Virus record (IMG/VR): IMGVR_UViG_3300050334_000106
Span: 10,200-74,199 of that record
Source of the DNA: a virus
Lineage: Duplodnaviria > Caudoviricetes
DNA: 64,000 nucleotides
Direction: 5' to 3' (one strand)
Shown: positions 20,193-30,278 of the stretch, piece by piece
Layout: each line of letters starts with the position of its first letter
Position numbering within the stretch: the stretch's first letter is position 1
Notes under the pieces: model-generated
Seen by the model: the letters and a program-made list of their open reading frames with translations, nothing else
What the model was told of the DNA's origin: nothing
The model's database searches: none
Program-made: the position numbers and the translations under genes

Positions 20193-20889
20193 GACAAATC
20201 TTGGGCTTGTTGAACATGCTCAAATGGCCCTCTCTCAGAATTGGGGGTACACACTCGGCACCTGGGGGCAAATACTTACCCCGACAATTCTGGAACAGAA
20301 GCGTAAACAACTGGGAGATGGGATTGAACAATATCTCGACTTTATAAAAGAACACTGGCTTGGCCAACGCACAGTTGACTGTATTGGGTTGTTTAAATCA
20401 TATCTTTGGTGGACACCTGCGGGACCGATATACGATTCCAAAACGGACCTAAATGCTGACGGCACATATACTGCTGCCAAAGTCAAAGGCCCTATTTCAT
20501 CAATCCCCGAAAAAATAATTGGGCTTGGTGTTCGTAAGCCTGGTCACATTGGAATCTACATTGGTAATGGCTGGGTTATTGAAAGCAAAGGTACAAAGTA
20601 TGGTGTGGTTAAAACTCCACTCAAAGGATCCGGAGCAACAGCTTGGACACATTGGCTAGAATACCCGTTTATTGAATATGTAAAGGAGGAATCGAACGTG
20701 GGAAAAGCATTTAAAGATGTTGAGGACAGCCGCTGGTCTGCAAAACATATCGAAGCTGCAAAAAAACTTGATTTAATCGCCGGCAATAAGGACGGTACTT
20801 TTAATCCCACAGGTCCCTTAACCCGAGAACAGGCCGCAGTATTAATGGTTAACCTGTATGAAAAGGTAACCGGAAAGAAGGTGCTATAA
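20179..20889 (+). CDS. Endolysin (NlpC/P60/CHAP-like) with C-terminal SLH domain
   Basis: VDCIGL and GHIGIYIGNG; FKDV...WSAKHI...AGNKDGTFNP...TREQAA. Confidence 0.85.
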   Translation: MSASKTNLGLVEHAQMALSQNWGYTLGTWGQILTPTILEQKRKQLGDGIEQYLDFIKEHWLGQRTVDCIGLFKSYLWWTPAGPIYDSKTDLNADGTYTAAKVKGPISSIPEKIIGLGVRKPGHIGIYIGNGWVIESKGTKYGVVKTPLKGSGATAWTHWLEYPFIEYVKEESNVGKAFKDVEDSRWSAKHIEAAKKLDLIAGNKDGTFNPTGPLTREQAAVLMVNLYEKVTGKKVL

Positions 20890-20890
20890 A

Positions 20891-21256
20891 ATGATTAACA
20901 CAGCTTTAGGTATTATTTTGGCAGTGGCAATAACGGTTGAACGGCTTGTTGAGTTGGTGAAACCTTTGTTCCTAAAGGCCAAAAAATTTTTTACGAAGAA
21001 AAACTCTTCTGAACTTACCGTCTCAGAAAAAATAGCAATAACCATCCTTGTCGGTCCTGTGATTACTTTGATTGCTGGGGTTCTAGGTGTACAGGAAGTA
21101 TCACCTTTATATGGTGTTCCTCATATGGCTCAGCAGATTATAATTGGGCTGCTTGCATCCTTTGGAAGTAATGTGATACATCCGATTATCGGACTTGTTG
21201 CAGCATTTAAGGAAGCTGCTGAAGGACTGAAAGATAAAAATATCTGGGATAAATAA
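20891..21256 (+). CDS. Second holin-like membrane protein
   Basis: Three hydrophobic segments; follows the endolysin. Confidence 0.6.
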   Translation: MINTALGIILAVAITVERLVELVKPLFLKAKKFFTKKNSSELTVSEKIAITILVGPVITLIAGVLGVQEVSPLYGVPHMAQQIIIGLLASFGSNVIHPIIGLVAAFKEAAEGLKDKNIWDK

Positions 21257-21268
21257 ACTTGATTTAAT

Positions 21269-21294
21269 AGGCCGTTCCTATGGGGGCGGCTTTT
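21269..21294 (+). terminator. Intrinsic terminator
   Basis: GCCGTTCC-tatg-GGGGCGGC-TTTT. Confidence 0.65.
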
Positions 21295-21318
21295 ATACTT
21301 TATAAAGGAGATGAAACT

Positions 21319-21843
21319 ATGCGCGAACATGGAATCGGAATTGATGCTGTTGCAATCGGTGCGGGTGTCGGAATTAACGAACATGCAAAATGGCAACCAA
21401 AGTGGATTATAGAAAAATACGACGAAAACATGAGACTGTATGAAGTCGAAGAAATAGATGGAAACCTACTATTAACTGAAGGTATCAGCGAATTTATGAA
21501 GGTGGCCTGTGGCATAGGTGGAGCTACGGCTTTTAGTAATGCAACTGCTTACATAGGTGTAGGTGATGGGACAGCAGTAGCTGATTCTTCTCAGACGGGC
21601 CTTTTGGGGGCGAATAAAACATATGCGCCCATGGATGCTACTTTCCCCTCAGTTTCTAACAATACTATGACTTTTAGGGCCACATTCGGTCCGACATCCG
21701 GAAATCATAACTGGCGAGAATTTTCCGTTGCGAATGGAAACTCTGATGCCGCGAAAAACCTCAACCGCAAAGTTGAGACAGCACTTAGAAGTAAAGCGGA
21801 GCCGGATACTTGGGTAGTGCAGCTCCTAATAACAATATCTTAA
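21319..21843 (+). CDS. Virion/tail structural protein
   Basis: RBS AAGGAG; beta-rich (FRATFGPTSGNHNWREF). Confidence 0.55.
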   Translation: MREHGIGIDAVAIGAGVGINEHAKWQPKWIIEKYDENMRLYEVEEIDGNLLLTEGISEFMKVACGIGGATAFSNATAYIGVGDGTAVADSSQTGLLGANKTYAPMDATFPSVSNNTMTFRATFGPTSGNHNWREFSVANGNSDAAKNLNRKVETALRSKAEPDTWVVQLLITIS

Positions 21844-21858
21844 GGCAGGTGATATTTT

Positions 21859-23700
21859 ATGGCTAAAACTAATTGGCAGGATCCCAACTCCGGAGAAATT
21901 CTATCAACTCATATTTCTGGATTACAGGAAGCGGTGGGTAAAATCGAAAAGTCGATTGGTATAGAAACTGTTTCGGAAACTTCTATACCATTATCAGAAG
22001 TGTTTATCTCAAATGATGACCGTTGCAGAATCTATCAGGCACCTGATAACAAAAGAAACTGGGTAATCTCCCCTGCCCCAATCATTAAGAAAAATGGAAC
22101 TATTATATCATCTGATTTTGTTATTGATTATGGTGGCGGAGCTGTTATATTTACTACTCCTATTCTGGAATCTGACGTTATAACCACCGATGCAACTTAT
22201 ACTATCTCATTTGAAGGAAAACAATTATCAACAGAAAATTATAGTACCGAAGAAAAGGATAAGCTTGGAGGGATTGAACCTCAAGCCAACAGATATACTC
22301 ATCCGAGCGCCCACCCTGCCAGCATGATTGTTTTAGCCGATAACACTGATGTCGAGACGAAAATAAATGAGATTGAGTCAGATTTTGAGTCGCATAAGTC
22401 GGAAAGTGAGACAAATTTTGATGAGATATTTTTAAAATTAAATGATTTGATGAACTATGGAGTAAAAGCAAGCCGACCGACCACAAACCTGTATCCTGGC
22501 AGACCATATTTCCAGACGGATTTATTGCCTAATGGGAAACGAATTGAATGGAATAATTCATTTTGGCAATATTCTGACGGGTCACCTGTTGACACAATTA
22601 ATATTGTAGATGGTAATATATACACTTCTTCAGCATTTTACGCCTTACAAACATTTTCAGCGGGAGCATCAACAGCACAGCAAACAGGGATTAATATGTC
22701 AAGAGACTTAATTATGTATATGGACGTGAAATTAGCTGACATTACATCAGAATTTTTTAATGTAATTATGGGCACGCTTAGTACTCCAATGAAATTAAGG
22801 ATAGGATTTGGATATGATTGGACTACAGGAACGGCAGATGGTGTCAGTATATCCGCCAAAGATGAAGTAAATGGAGCTACTTATAAATTTGGCGCACATG
22901 ATTTTCAAAGTGCATTTACGAAAATTATTATTTGGTACGATAAAAAGTGGGGATATTTTAACATTTATTTGAACAATGTTTTACTTGGTTCATATAAGCC
23001 TGCTGCCGGGGGAGTAAATCCATCAACAGACATCACTAGAATTATAACTACGGTAGGTGGAGCAAGCACATTAATATCAATGAATTATTATTATATGTGT
23101 ATGCCTTTAGTTTGTGCCATTGGTGATAGCATAACGGCTGGTGCCACATTACATGCTCCTAATCCCGATTATTATCCCGGAGTAGATACATACCAAGGTT
23201 ATCCTAAGTTATTGAGTGATTACCTGCAAGCCCATAACATAAAAAATTATTTTGTTGTAAATAAAGGTGTTAACGGGGAAACATCAGACCAAATAAAAGC
23301 TAGATTTAATACCGATGTTGTTAGCACGGGGTGCAAATATGAGATTGAAATGGGTGGACTAAATGACCATCAAACACACGCTAATGTAAATATTAGCACT
23401 CAAAACATGAAAGACATAGCAGATACAGCATTAGCAAACAATATTATTCCTATCATAATTGGAGTAACACCAACGAAAATAGGTTCTCCTGGGAACAGTC
23501 ATCAGTGGTCAATAGATTTGCATGAAGCCGAAAAAGGTGCATATAGTGCATATACTTATGCAAGCGTATGGAAAGCATTGCAAGACCCAAATAATCCAAA
23601 TGTTGCTGATGATTCTAAGTTCACAGATACGGTACATTTGAATGAATTAGGGAATGAAGATTTAGCAGCAGCAATAGAAAGTCGCTTTGTAATACAATAG
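21859..23700 (+). CDS. Tail fibre / receptor-binding protein with C-terminal SGNH(GDSL) hydrolase
   Basis: MAKTNWQD N-terminus; SGNH blocks IGDSITAG, NKGVNG, GGLND and DTVHLN. Confidence 0.75.
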   Translation: MAKTNWQDPNSGEILSTHISGLQEAVGKIEKSIGIETVSETSIPLSEVFISNDDRCRIYQAPDNKRNWVISPAPIIKKNGTIISSDFVIDYGGGAVIFTTPILESDVITTDATYTISFEGKQLSTENYSTEEKDKLGGIEPQANRYTHPSAHPASMIVLADNTDVETKINEIESDFESHKSESETNFDEIFLKLNDLMNYGVKASRPTTNLYPGRPYFQTDLLPNGKRIEWNNSFWQYSDGSPVDTINIVDGNIYTSSAFYALQTFSAGASTAQQTGINMSRDLIMYMDVKLADITSEFFNVIMGTLSTPMKLRIGFGYDWTTGTADGVSISAKDEVNGATYKFGAHDFQSAFTKIIIWYDKKWGYFNIYLNNVLLGSYKPAAGGVNPSTDITRIITTVGGASTLISMNYYYMCMPLVCAIGDSITAGATLHAPNPDYYPGVDTYQGYPKLLSDYLQAHNIKNYFVVNKGVNGETSDQIKARFNTDVVSTGCKYEIEMGGLNDHQTHANVNISTQNMKDIADTALANNIIPIIIGVTPTKIGSPGNSHQWSIDLHEAEKGAYSAYTYASVWKALQDPNNPNVADDSKFTDTVHLNELGNEDLAAAIESRFVIQ

Positions 23701-23859
23701 GATAATATCACGTTGTTATATACAATTAAATATAACATCTTAAATTAACATTTAGGCTCATTGATAGAGGGCATTTTTCATGGCTTGAGTTATCATGGTA
23801 CTTTATGGTAAGATTGCTATCAAGATGGTTGAATATGCGAGATAAATTTAGATTGTTCA

Positions 23860-24186
23860 TTGGATATATTTCATGTTATTGTAGGGGTGCTTATGGATTT
23901 AAAGAAAAAGAAGCTATATGTGAACATTACTGTAGCAATTGTAGTAATATTATTCCTAATATTGTTTTTTACTGACCACTTGGCATTAGCAGTTTCTATA
24001 TTATTTATGTCAGGTGGGATATTAGGGTTAATAACTCGTAATATTGCTAATTACAAAGCATCGAATAATTTTCCTTTTTCTAATAAGACAGTTAGTTATG
24101 ATGAAAATAGTATAGCTGGTCCATTATTAAATATAGGATTTTTGATACTTGGATTGATAATTTTTTTTATCAGCTTTCAGTTATAG
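23860..24186 (+). CDS. Small membrane protein (moron)
   Basis: Three hydrophobic segments; AT-rich; followed by a terminator. Confidence 0.6.
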   Translation: MDIFHVIVGVLMDLKKKKLYVNITVAIVVILFLILFFTDHLALAVSILFMSGGILGLITRNIANYKASNNFPFSNKTVSYDENSIAGPLLNIGFLILGLIIFFISFQL

Positions 24187-24212
24187 GTTATTTATAGAAT
24201 TTAATTCTATTT

Positions 24213-24242
24213 GGATTACTCAGAAATGGGTAGTCCTTTTTT
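24213..24242 (+). terminator. Intrinsic terminator
   Basis: GGATTACT-cagaaatg-GGTAGTCC + T6. Confidence 0.7.
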
Positions 24243-24270
24243 ATATTTACATAATCCTAAGTGAGGTGAT

Positions 24271-25350
24271 TTGATGGCTAAATATAATTCTTCAGTGTTT
24301 TATAATAGAAAAATCCCTAACGGTGGAGCTAATTATAATTCTGCGCCGTATATGATAATTGTAATTGTGGCAGACAATGGACATAGTCTTGATGAAATAG
24401 AAAACATAATTGCTTCTATAAATGAATCTGACTCAGCATCCGGCTCAGACTCTATAATTCTTGTTTCCAATATTGAACTTGTTGATCAATCTGTTTCAGC
24501 AAAGGATTCGGTTTCCCTTACAGTGCATGTTGATATACCTGATATTGCTGCCGGCAACGATATTGTATTGCCCATTAAAGCTTCGGTACCGATTCAGGAT
24601 CTCGGAATGGGTGTTGATAATATTGGAGTGGTCGGCGCTTTTTTCGTCATTGACTCAAATAATATACTGCAGCCGTTGGGCGTTTTAGTGTTAAAAGACA
24701 GCAGACTTGAACTCCTCCCTTCTACCCGGGACAGCACGGACGAAATACCGGGAATGCATGGCGAATTCGACTTCGGTACTGAATTCAATTCCCGCGCTTT
24801 TGACCTTCATGTTGCAACAGATGAGGGTTATGCCCCACTGGATAAAGCGCTACTTCAAAGACTCTTCGCTAAATATCTGGATCCCACCAAAGGTGCAAAG
24901 ACTTTGATCTTCTCTGATGACATTGAAAAAACATATATAGTCAAATATTCCGGGAAGATTGATATAACACAGTACCCTTCTTGGTTTGAGTTTACTTTGC
25001 CCTTTAAAATGTCAAACCCGTTTATAATAGGCTCAATCGAAAAAACCTTGACCGGTAGCGGAACTTTGAAAAACAACGGAACCTTCGAGACCTCGCTAAC
25101 AATAGAAATAGCTGGGCCTGCAACAAATCCGTCGCTGGTAATCGGTGGTCAAACGTTATCATACGCTGGCGTAATACCCTCTGGCCAGACGTTGTTCATT
25201 AATTCAAATGGCGGTTCAGGAACTGTAAAGCTTGGCGGAGTAAATGCTTTGTCCGGATATAATGGCATATTCCCTTCCCTACAACCTGGAAACACAAATG
25301 TTACTGCCGGAAGTAATGTCATAATACGTTGGAAAGACAAGTGGTTATAA
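24271..25350 (+). CDS. Distal tail protein (Dit) with N-terminal extension
   Basis: EIPGMHGEFDFG, LIFSDDIEKTYIVKYSG and F.MSNPF Dit-type motifs. Confidence 0.8.
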   Translation: MMAKYNSSVFYNRKIPNGGANYNSAPYMIIVIVADNGHSLDEIENIIASINESDSASGSDSIILVSNIELVDQSVSAKDSVSLTVHVDIPDIAAGNDIVLPIKASVPIQDLGMGVDNIGVVGAFFVIDSNNILQPLGVLVLKDSRLELLPSTRDSTDEIPGMHGEFDFGTEFNSRAFDLHVATDEGYAPLDKALLQRLFAKYLDPTKGAKTLIFSDDIEKTYIVKYSGKIDITQYPSWFEFTLPFKMSNPFIIGSIEKTLTGSGTLKNNGTFETSLTIEIAGPATNPSLVIGGQTLSYAGVIPSGQTLFINSNGGSGTVKLGGVNALSGYNGIFPSLQPGNTNVTAGSNVIIRWKDKWL

Positions 25351-25362
25351 AATAGTAAGGAG

Positions 25363-27138
25363 TTGATATTCTTGGAGATTCCAAAATACATTGAAGTAAG
25401 AACAGTTAGTGGCCAAAGGGCTGCTTTTTTATCTCCAAATGATGAAGGAAACAATATAAAAGACTGCTTTATTGATTGCAGACTAAATGGCGAAAGCACA
25501 CTTGAATTTTACATCCCTGCAACATCTGAAAAGATGGCTGAACTCACACCTGAATGTCAGATATGGGCAGGTGGTAGAGTTTATACACTTCTTGGGCCAG
25601 AGACTTCTGATACTACCCGAGACGATAAGAACAGGCTTTGGGCAAAGTTCATGGCCGTTGAACGCTGGAAGCAGCTTGAAACAAGTTTTGTTGAGCCATC
25701 TATTTCAAATGATCCTTCAGCTGCTCCTCCTGCCGACTTAGCAGTTATTATCGTTGGTGGCGGTACAAACTTATCCGGAGGGCTATATCAAACCGGTACA
25801 GCAGCACATGCTTTATACGCCATTCTGCAAGGTTCAGGCTGGACCATAGGAACTTGTGATGTCACCGGCATCCATGATCTTGAGATGGAGAAAACAAGCC
25901 GTCTGGACCTTATAAGAGAAATACAGAACACTTGGGGCGGATATCTGGTCTGGGATTCAGTCAATAAAAGAGTCAGCCTCCGTTCCGGGAACACTTGGCA
26001 AAATTATACCGGCTTTCAAGTGCGGTACCGCAAAAATCTGAAACACATCACCCGAACCCAGAGCAACAGAATTATCACAAAACTGTATGCTTTTGGTCAT
26101 GATGATTTGGATATAGCTTCTGTCAACGGCGGCATAAAGTATGTGACCAACACCAGTTACACTCCCCGGGAATACGTCGGCATCTACAAAAACCAGGACA
26201 TTTATGATGCCCAGGAGCTTAAAGAAAAAGCTGCAGCAGAACTTTCTTTAATATGCCGTCCTCAATACAAATACACCGTCAAAATGGTTGACCTCAGAAC
26301 CCTCCCTGAGTATTCCCATGAAGATTTTACAGTCGGTGACATGGTTGATGTAGTTGATGAGTCTGTCGCTCCGGAAATGCCCAGAGTAAGGTTAATCAGG
26401 CATAAGTATAATGTTTTTAAACCTTGGATTTGTGATCTTGAAATAGGCTCCCCGACGGAAAGGCTTGAAGAGGATCTGAAGGCAGCATTTAATACAACAT
26501 CATTTATTGATAATATCTTTAAGGGAAACGGCCAGCTATCCGGATATAGTATCGAAAATCTGACCATTACAAATGCCAAAATATCCGACCTGTCAGCCGA
26601 TAAAATAACGGCAGGAACCATCACTGCTACAATAAGTATCAACGCTCCTAATATTTACGGTGGTTCGATTACAGGCGGAACAATCACCGGAGCCTTAATC
26701 AGAACTGCTGCAAGCGGAACCCGGCTAGAAATGACAAGCACAGGCTTAACCAGTTATGCAACAGGTTCAACAAAGACAGGGATATCCCTGACAAATAACA
26801 GCAGCATTGGGCTTGGGGATTTGCAGTATTATTACAACAATGTTCTTCAAGGAGGCCTGCAATATAATACCAGTGATTCAATGACGTTGTATTCACGAAA
26901 TGGAAATTCTATTGATTTGTCTTCTGATAAGGATGTCAATCTTTCTCCAAACAGAAGTGCAAGTGCCAAGGGAAGAGTTACAGGTATTTTATCAGACAAT
27001 CATAATCAAGGAAATCATAATCATGGTATTTCTGCAAAAACATATCTTGCAACAGTAGATCCCGTAACTGGCGATGTTAATGGAATGGTTGAGTGGATTC
27101 CAAGTGGTGGCTTTACTCATAATCATGACATATATTAA
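25363..27138 (+). CDS. Tail-associated (Tal / prophage endopeptidase-type) protein
   Basis: RLNGESTLEF, YRKNLKHITRT, IITKLYAFG, VGDMVDVVD. Confidence 0.8.
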   Translation: MIFLEIPKYIEVRTVSGQRAAFLSPNDEGNNIKDCFIDCRLNGESTLEFYIPATSEKMAELTPECQIWAGGRVYTLLGPETSDTTRDDKNRLWAKFMAVERWKQLETSFVEPSISNDPSAAPPADLAVIIVGGGTNLSGGLYQTGTAAHALYAILQGSGWTIGTCDVTGIHDLEMEKTSRLDLIREIQNTWGGYLVWDSVNKRVSLRSGNTWQNYTGFQVRYRKNLKHITRTQSNRIITKLYAFGHDDLDIASVNGGIKYVTNTSYTPREYVGIYKNQDIYDAQELKEKAAAELSLICRPQYKYTVKMVDLRTLPEYSHEDFTVGDMVDVVDESVAPEMPRVRLIRHKYNVFKPWICDLEIGSPTERLEEDLKAAFNTTSFIDNIFKGNGQLSGYSIENLTITNAKISDLSADKITAGTITATISINAPNIYGGSITGGTITGALIRTAASGTRLEMTSTGLTSYATGSTKTGISLTNNSSIGLGDLQYYYNNVLQGGLQYNTSDSMTLYSRNGNSIDLSSDKDVNLSPNRSASAKGRVTGILSDNHNQGNHNHGISAKTYLATVDPVTGDVNGMVEWIPSGGFTHNHDIY

Positions 27139-27151
27139 AATACCCAGAGAG

Positions 27152-27817
27152 TTAATTCTCCAGGTATTTATCTAAAAAGTTTATATTAAAATAGGTATAT
27201 CCATTATAATTAACGTAATATTTGGGATTGGCATTTTGAGTTTCCAATATTAATATTTTGTTTTGATATAATTTTCTTATGCCTAATTTTTCACGTTCTA
27301 CTGAAATATTATTGAATTTGTGTAAATCTTGTTCACTGACATAAATATTGTCCTTGTATTTTATAGCTTTATATTTATTGTTGTAAGTAGTTGTTTCAAT
27401 ATTATCATTATCAGTTAAATTAATTGGATTAGAATTTTTAACAGCTTCAATATCATTATAATCAATATTAGGGTCTTGATTCTGATTGATTTCAGGCACA
27501 GAGAAATCTGGCAGACCGCTGTTTGTTTTCTCGGACTCAGGAATCGCAGGTTCAGCTATGGTTGTTGAGCCTTCTATGGTTTTTATCTCAATCTGCTTTT
27601 TCTCGCTGTTGAAGTTTGCATCCACTCCTGCAGCCTTCAGGTCGGCAAGTTTAATGTATGTGGATCCTTTTATGTTGTAGGCTTCGATTGTGGATTTAAT
27701 CCCGTCTACAAGTATGGGAAATGGGCTCGGCACTGCTTCAAGCTTAATCGCTGCAAAAGTTGTAAGTGAAAGTGATAGTATTACCCCGGTTAATAGACCA
27801 GCTATATATTTTTTCAT
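27152..27817 (-). CDS. Secreted protein with copper-amine-oxidase N-terminal (stalk)-like domain
   Basis: Signal peptide MKKYIAGLLTG...TFA; ILVDG...AYNIKGSTYIKLADL. Confidence 0.65.
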   Translation of the reverse strand: MKKYIAGLLTGVILSLSLTTFAAIKLEAVPSPFPILVDGIKSTIEAYNIKGSTYIKLADLKAAGVDANFNSEKKQIEIKTIEGSTTIAEPAIPESEKTNSGLPDFSVPEINQNQDPNIDYNDIEAVKNSNPINLTDNDNIETTTYNNKYKAIKYKDNIYVSEQDLHKFNNISVEREKLGIRKLYQNKILILETQNANPKYYVNYNGYTYFNINFLDKYLEN

Positions 27818-27924
27818 AGAATCGCCTCCTAGTTTAAGTATAGCCAATATTGGAAATTTTATCAAATATTTTATTGAATACCGATAACATTTAGGATAAA
27901 ATGGAGAAAAAAGGAGGTAGTATT

Positions 27925-28560
27925 GTGCGAAATTTTAAACAATTGATTGCAGGAATTGTTATTGGTGCAGTTGTATTCGGGGCTATTCCTGTAATGGCTA
28001 CGAATGGAACAAAAAACATATCTGCAGTATTCAAAAACATAAAAGTTACGCTTGATGGGAAAGAAGTAAAGACAAGTGCAGAGCCGTTTCAGTATGCTGG
28101 AAAGCTTTATGTTTCAGTTGATTTAATTTCTCAAATATCTGGCGCAAAAATTAATTATAATTCAAATAATAATACATTGCAGATAACCGTTACATCCCCT
28201 CGTGATACTGACTGGAAGGAAACTACTTCTAGTCTCCTTAATAGAACTAATGATATTATAAAGCAAGATAATAAACTGGATGTTTCTAAACACAGAGAGA
28301 TAGCTGTACTTGCTAAAAAAATGAATCCAATAAGGCAAGATTCGGAAGCATATATACCTCCAAAAGGTAGAGAAGATATATATACACTTCTAAAAGAGTA
28401 TATCAAGGCAATCGAATCAAAGCTGAATGCTAGAGCCAAAATCGGCATGTATAGAGAATTTAAAAAATATGGTGAAGAATTATCAGCAATTGATGATTTT
28501 AATTTCTACAAAGAAAGAGCTGATTCTATGCTTAAATCATTTAACAAAAACAACAAATAA
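27925..28560 (+). CDS. Secreted protein with copper-amine-oxidase N-terminal (stalk)-like domain
   Basis: Signal peptide; IKVTLDGKEV...EPFQYAGKLYVSVDLIS. Confidence 0.65.
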   Translation: MRNFKQLIAGIVIGAVVFGAIPVMATNGTKNISAVFKNIKVTLDGKEVKTSAEPFQYAGKLYVSVDLISQISGAKINYNSNNNTLQITVTSPRDTDWKETTSSLLNRTNDIIKQDNKLDVSKHREIAVLAKKMNPIRQDSEAYIPPKGREDIYTLLKEYIKAIESKLNARAKIGMYREFKKYGEELSAIDDFNFYKERADSMLKSFNKNNK

Positions 28561-28573
28561 AATGGCAAAGGGG

Positions 28574-29107
28574 CTACTCACCCCTTCCCTCCATTATCTC
28601 CATAACTTCCTGATATGTGTCCACTGTAATTTGTGCAGCCGATATCATCCGTTTTATACTAAAATCATGAATCCTTTTTACGTGACTGACACTGAAGAAT
28701 ATTTCTTCCTTTTTTAGTTCCATAGTAACATCCTTCCATGGTGTTTCAGAGCCATCCTCAGAATATCTTAGCTTCAGTATAGCTTTCTGAATTTTTGTCA
28801 GCACCTTCATTCCTGCATTCAGGCTTTCAATTACATTTGACAGTAGATTCACATCTTTCTGAAGCTGTTTTATATCCGACCTGGTTGAGTACTGAATTTT
28901 TAAGGCTATTTTCCCGGTTTTATCTGAAACAGAGCCAGTTGCTGGGATGCCACCTCCAGAACCCGAACCGTTCATATATGCGGCATAAATGCTGTCATCA
29001 ATATTTTCTGCAAGTCTCTCAAGTTCAGATTTTATGCTTTCATGTGCCGCCTTTATAATTGGCAAGTTCTTTATTAAACTTTTTATTTCCTCTGGCCGTA
29101 TAAGCAT
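28574..29107 (-). CDS. ArpU/RinA-like late transcriptional activator
   Basis: SDKTGKIA motif; C-terminal sigma-region-4-like HTH; last gene of the leftward arm. Confidence 0.6.
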   Translation of the reverse strand: MLIRPEEIKSLIKNLPIIKAAHESIKSELERLAENIDDSIYAAYMNGSGSGGGIPATGSVSDKTGKIALKIQYSTRSDIKQLQKDVNLLSNVIESLNAGMKVLTKIQKAILKLRYSEDGSETPWKDVTMELKKEEIFFSVSHVKRIHDFSIKRMISAAQITVDTYQEVMEIMEGRGE

Positions 29108-29126
29108 TTTTATGACCCCGTTTCTT

Positions 29127-29723
29127 TTAGGCTATAGATTTCAAAATATCTTCAAGAGCTGCCTTTACCTTTGTCATATTTTCTTTCAAGGTTTTATTCT
29201 CTCTGGATAAGGATTTGTTTTCCTGAAGGATAAATTTAATTTTTGTTATGATCTCCAGTTCTTCGCTTACATTATTTGAAGTCTTGGCATTAGGCTCAGA
29301 TTTCTCACTTAATCCTTTCTGCGACATGGGTTCCTCTGAATTCTGCTTTTTCTCACCGGCTACAATCTTTTTCAGTTTATTATTCGATACATAATTCGCT
29401 ACGCTGCTTGATGGTACGTCAAATTCCTTCGCAGCTATCCTGTATGCTTGGGCTGTAAAACCATGCTCTGTACATATTTCAATTAGTCTTTCCCTATTTA
29501 TTTTAGTCATTTCTATACCCTTTCTGACCATTCCAGGGACGGTAGCTATCCCAGGTAGTCTATCTGTTTTTATTTTAATAGGTGGTCCATATTTCTCTAT
29601 TTCTTCAGATGTCATTTTTCTTGTTATTGCTTCACCGCTCTTACGGTCCTGTCTGCCGTCCGGATCAACTTTAAATCCGTATGTCGGCATAAAACCATTA
29701 CCTATGGCCATGTAAATCACCAT
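29127..29723 (-). CDS. Hypothetical protein
   Basis: Co-oriented, overlapping ORF in the operon. Confidence 0.55.
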   Translation of the reverse strand: MVIYMAIGNGFMPTYGFKVDPDGRQDRKSGEAITRKMTSEEIEKYGPPIKIKTDRLPGIATVPGMVRKGIEMTKINRERLIEICTEHGFTAQAYRIAAKEFDVPSSSVANYVSNNKLKKIVAGEKKQNSEEPMSQKGLSEKSEPNAKTSNNVSEELEIITKIKFILQENKSLSRENKTLKENMTKVKAALEDILKSIA

Positions 29724-30165
29724 CCCAATTCCAGAGCCGCTGCATACCTTTGACAGGTATAGGCTCCGGCAGCATCTTGACGTTTGCCAATTCCCATGCG
29801 TATCTGCCCGTAGTCCAGTCTCCGAATTCTAGTTCTGGTGGATAAATTGTTATCGCCCTGCCCGCTTCATCAATAATGAATCTTGAACCATCAATACTGT
29901 TTCTGTGCATCTTCCAGCACCCAACCAGCTCAGCCGTGGCTATAATACATCCCCTGGGCAAATCATCCGGGTCTATTATGCCAAGTGCCGCTCTTACTTT
30001 GTCGACTATGCATCCTATAGCCTCCCATATACTGCTGGGTCTCTTAGCCGCTGCATGTATCGCTATCACCCCTCGGTACTGGGTAGCCCATGACCTAGTT
30101 TCATATTTTTTAGCCTCGCAAGCTATAAGAGATGCCCACGGTTGCCAAATTGTTATTGCTTTCAT
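29698..30165 (-). CDS. ASCH-domain protein
   Basis: MKAITIWQPWASLI...KKYETRSW...RGVIAIHA. Confidence 0.9.
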   Translation of the reverse strand: MKAITIWQPWASLIACEAKKYETRSWATQYRGVIAIHAAAKRPSSIWEAIGCIVDKVRAALGIIDPDDLPRGCIIATAELVGCWKMHRNSIDGSRFIIDEAGRAITIYPPELEFGDWTTGRYAWELANVKMLPEPIPVKGMQRLWNWDGDLHGHR

Positions 30166-30213
30166 AGGTCTATCTATCCTCTCTTCTTATTTTTATGATA
30201 GAATTAAGACATG

Positions 30214-30250
30214 AAAATACCGCATTTCGTCTGAATATGCGGTATTTGTT
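30214..30250. terminator. Bidirectional intrinsic terminator
   Basis: AAATACCGCAT / ATGCGGTATTT inverted repeat. Confidence 0.65.
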
Positions 30251-30278
30251 AGTATCTCCTATTTTTTTAAAAGTTCTA

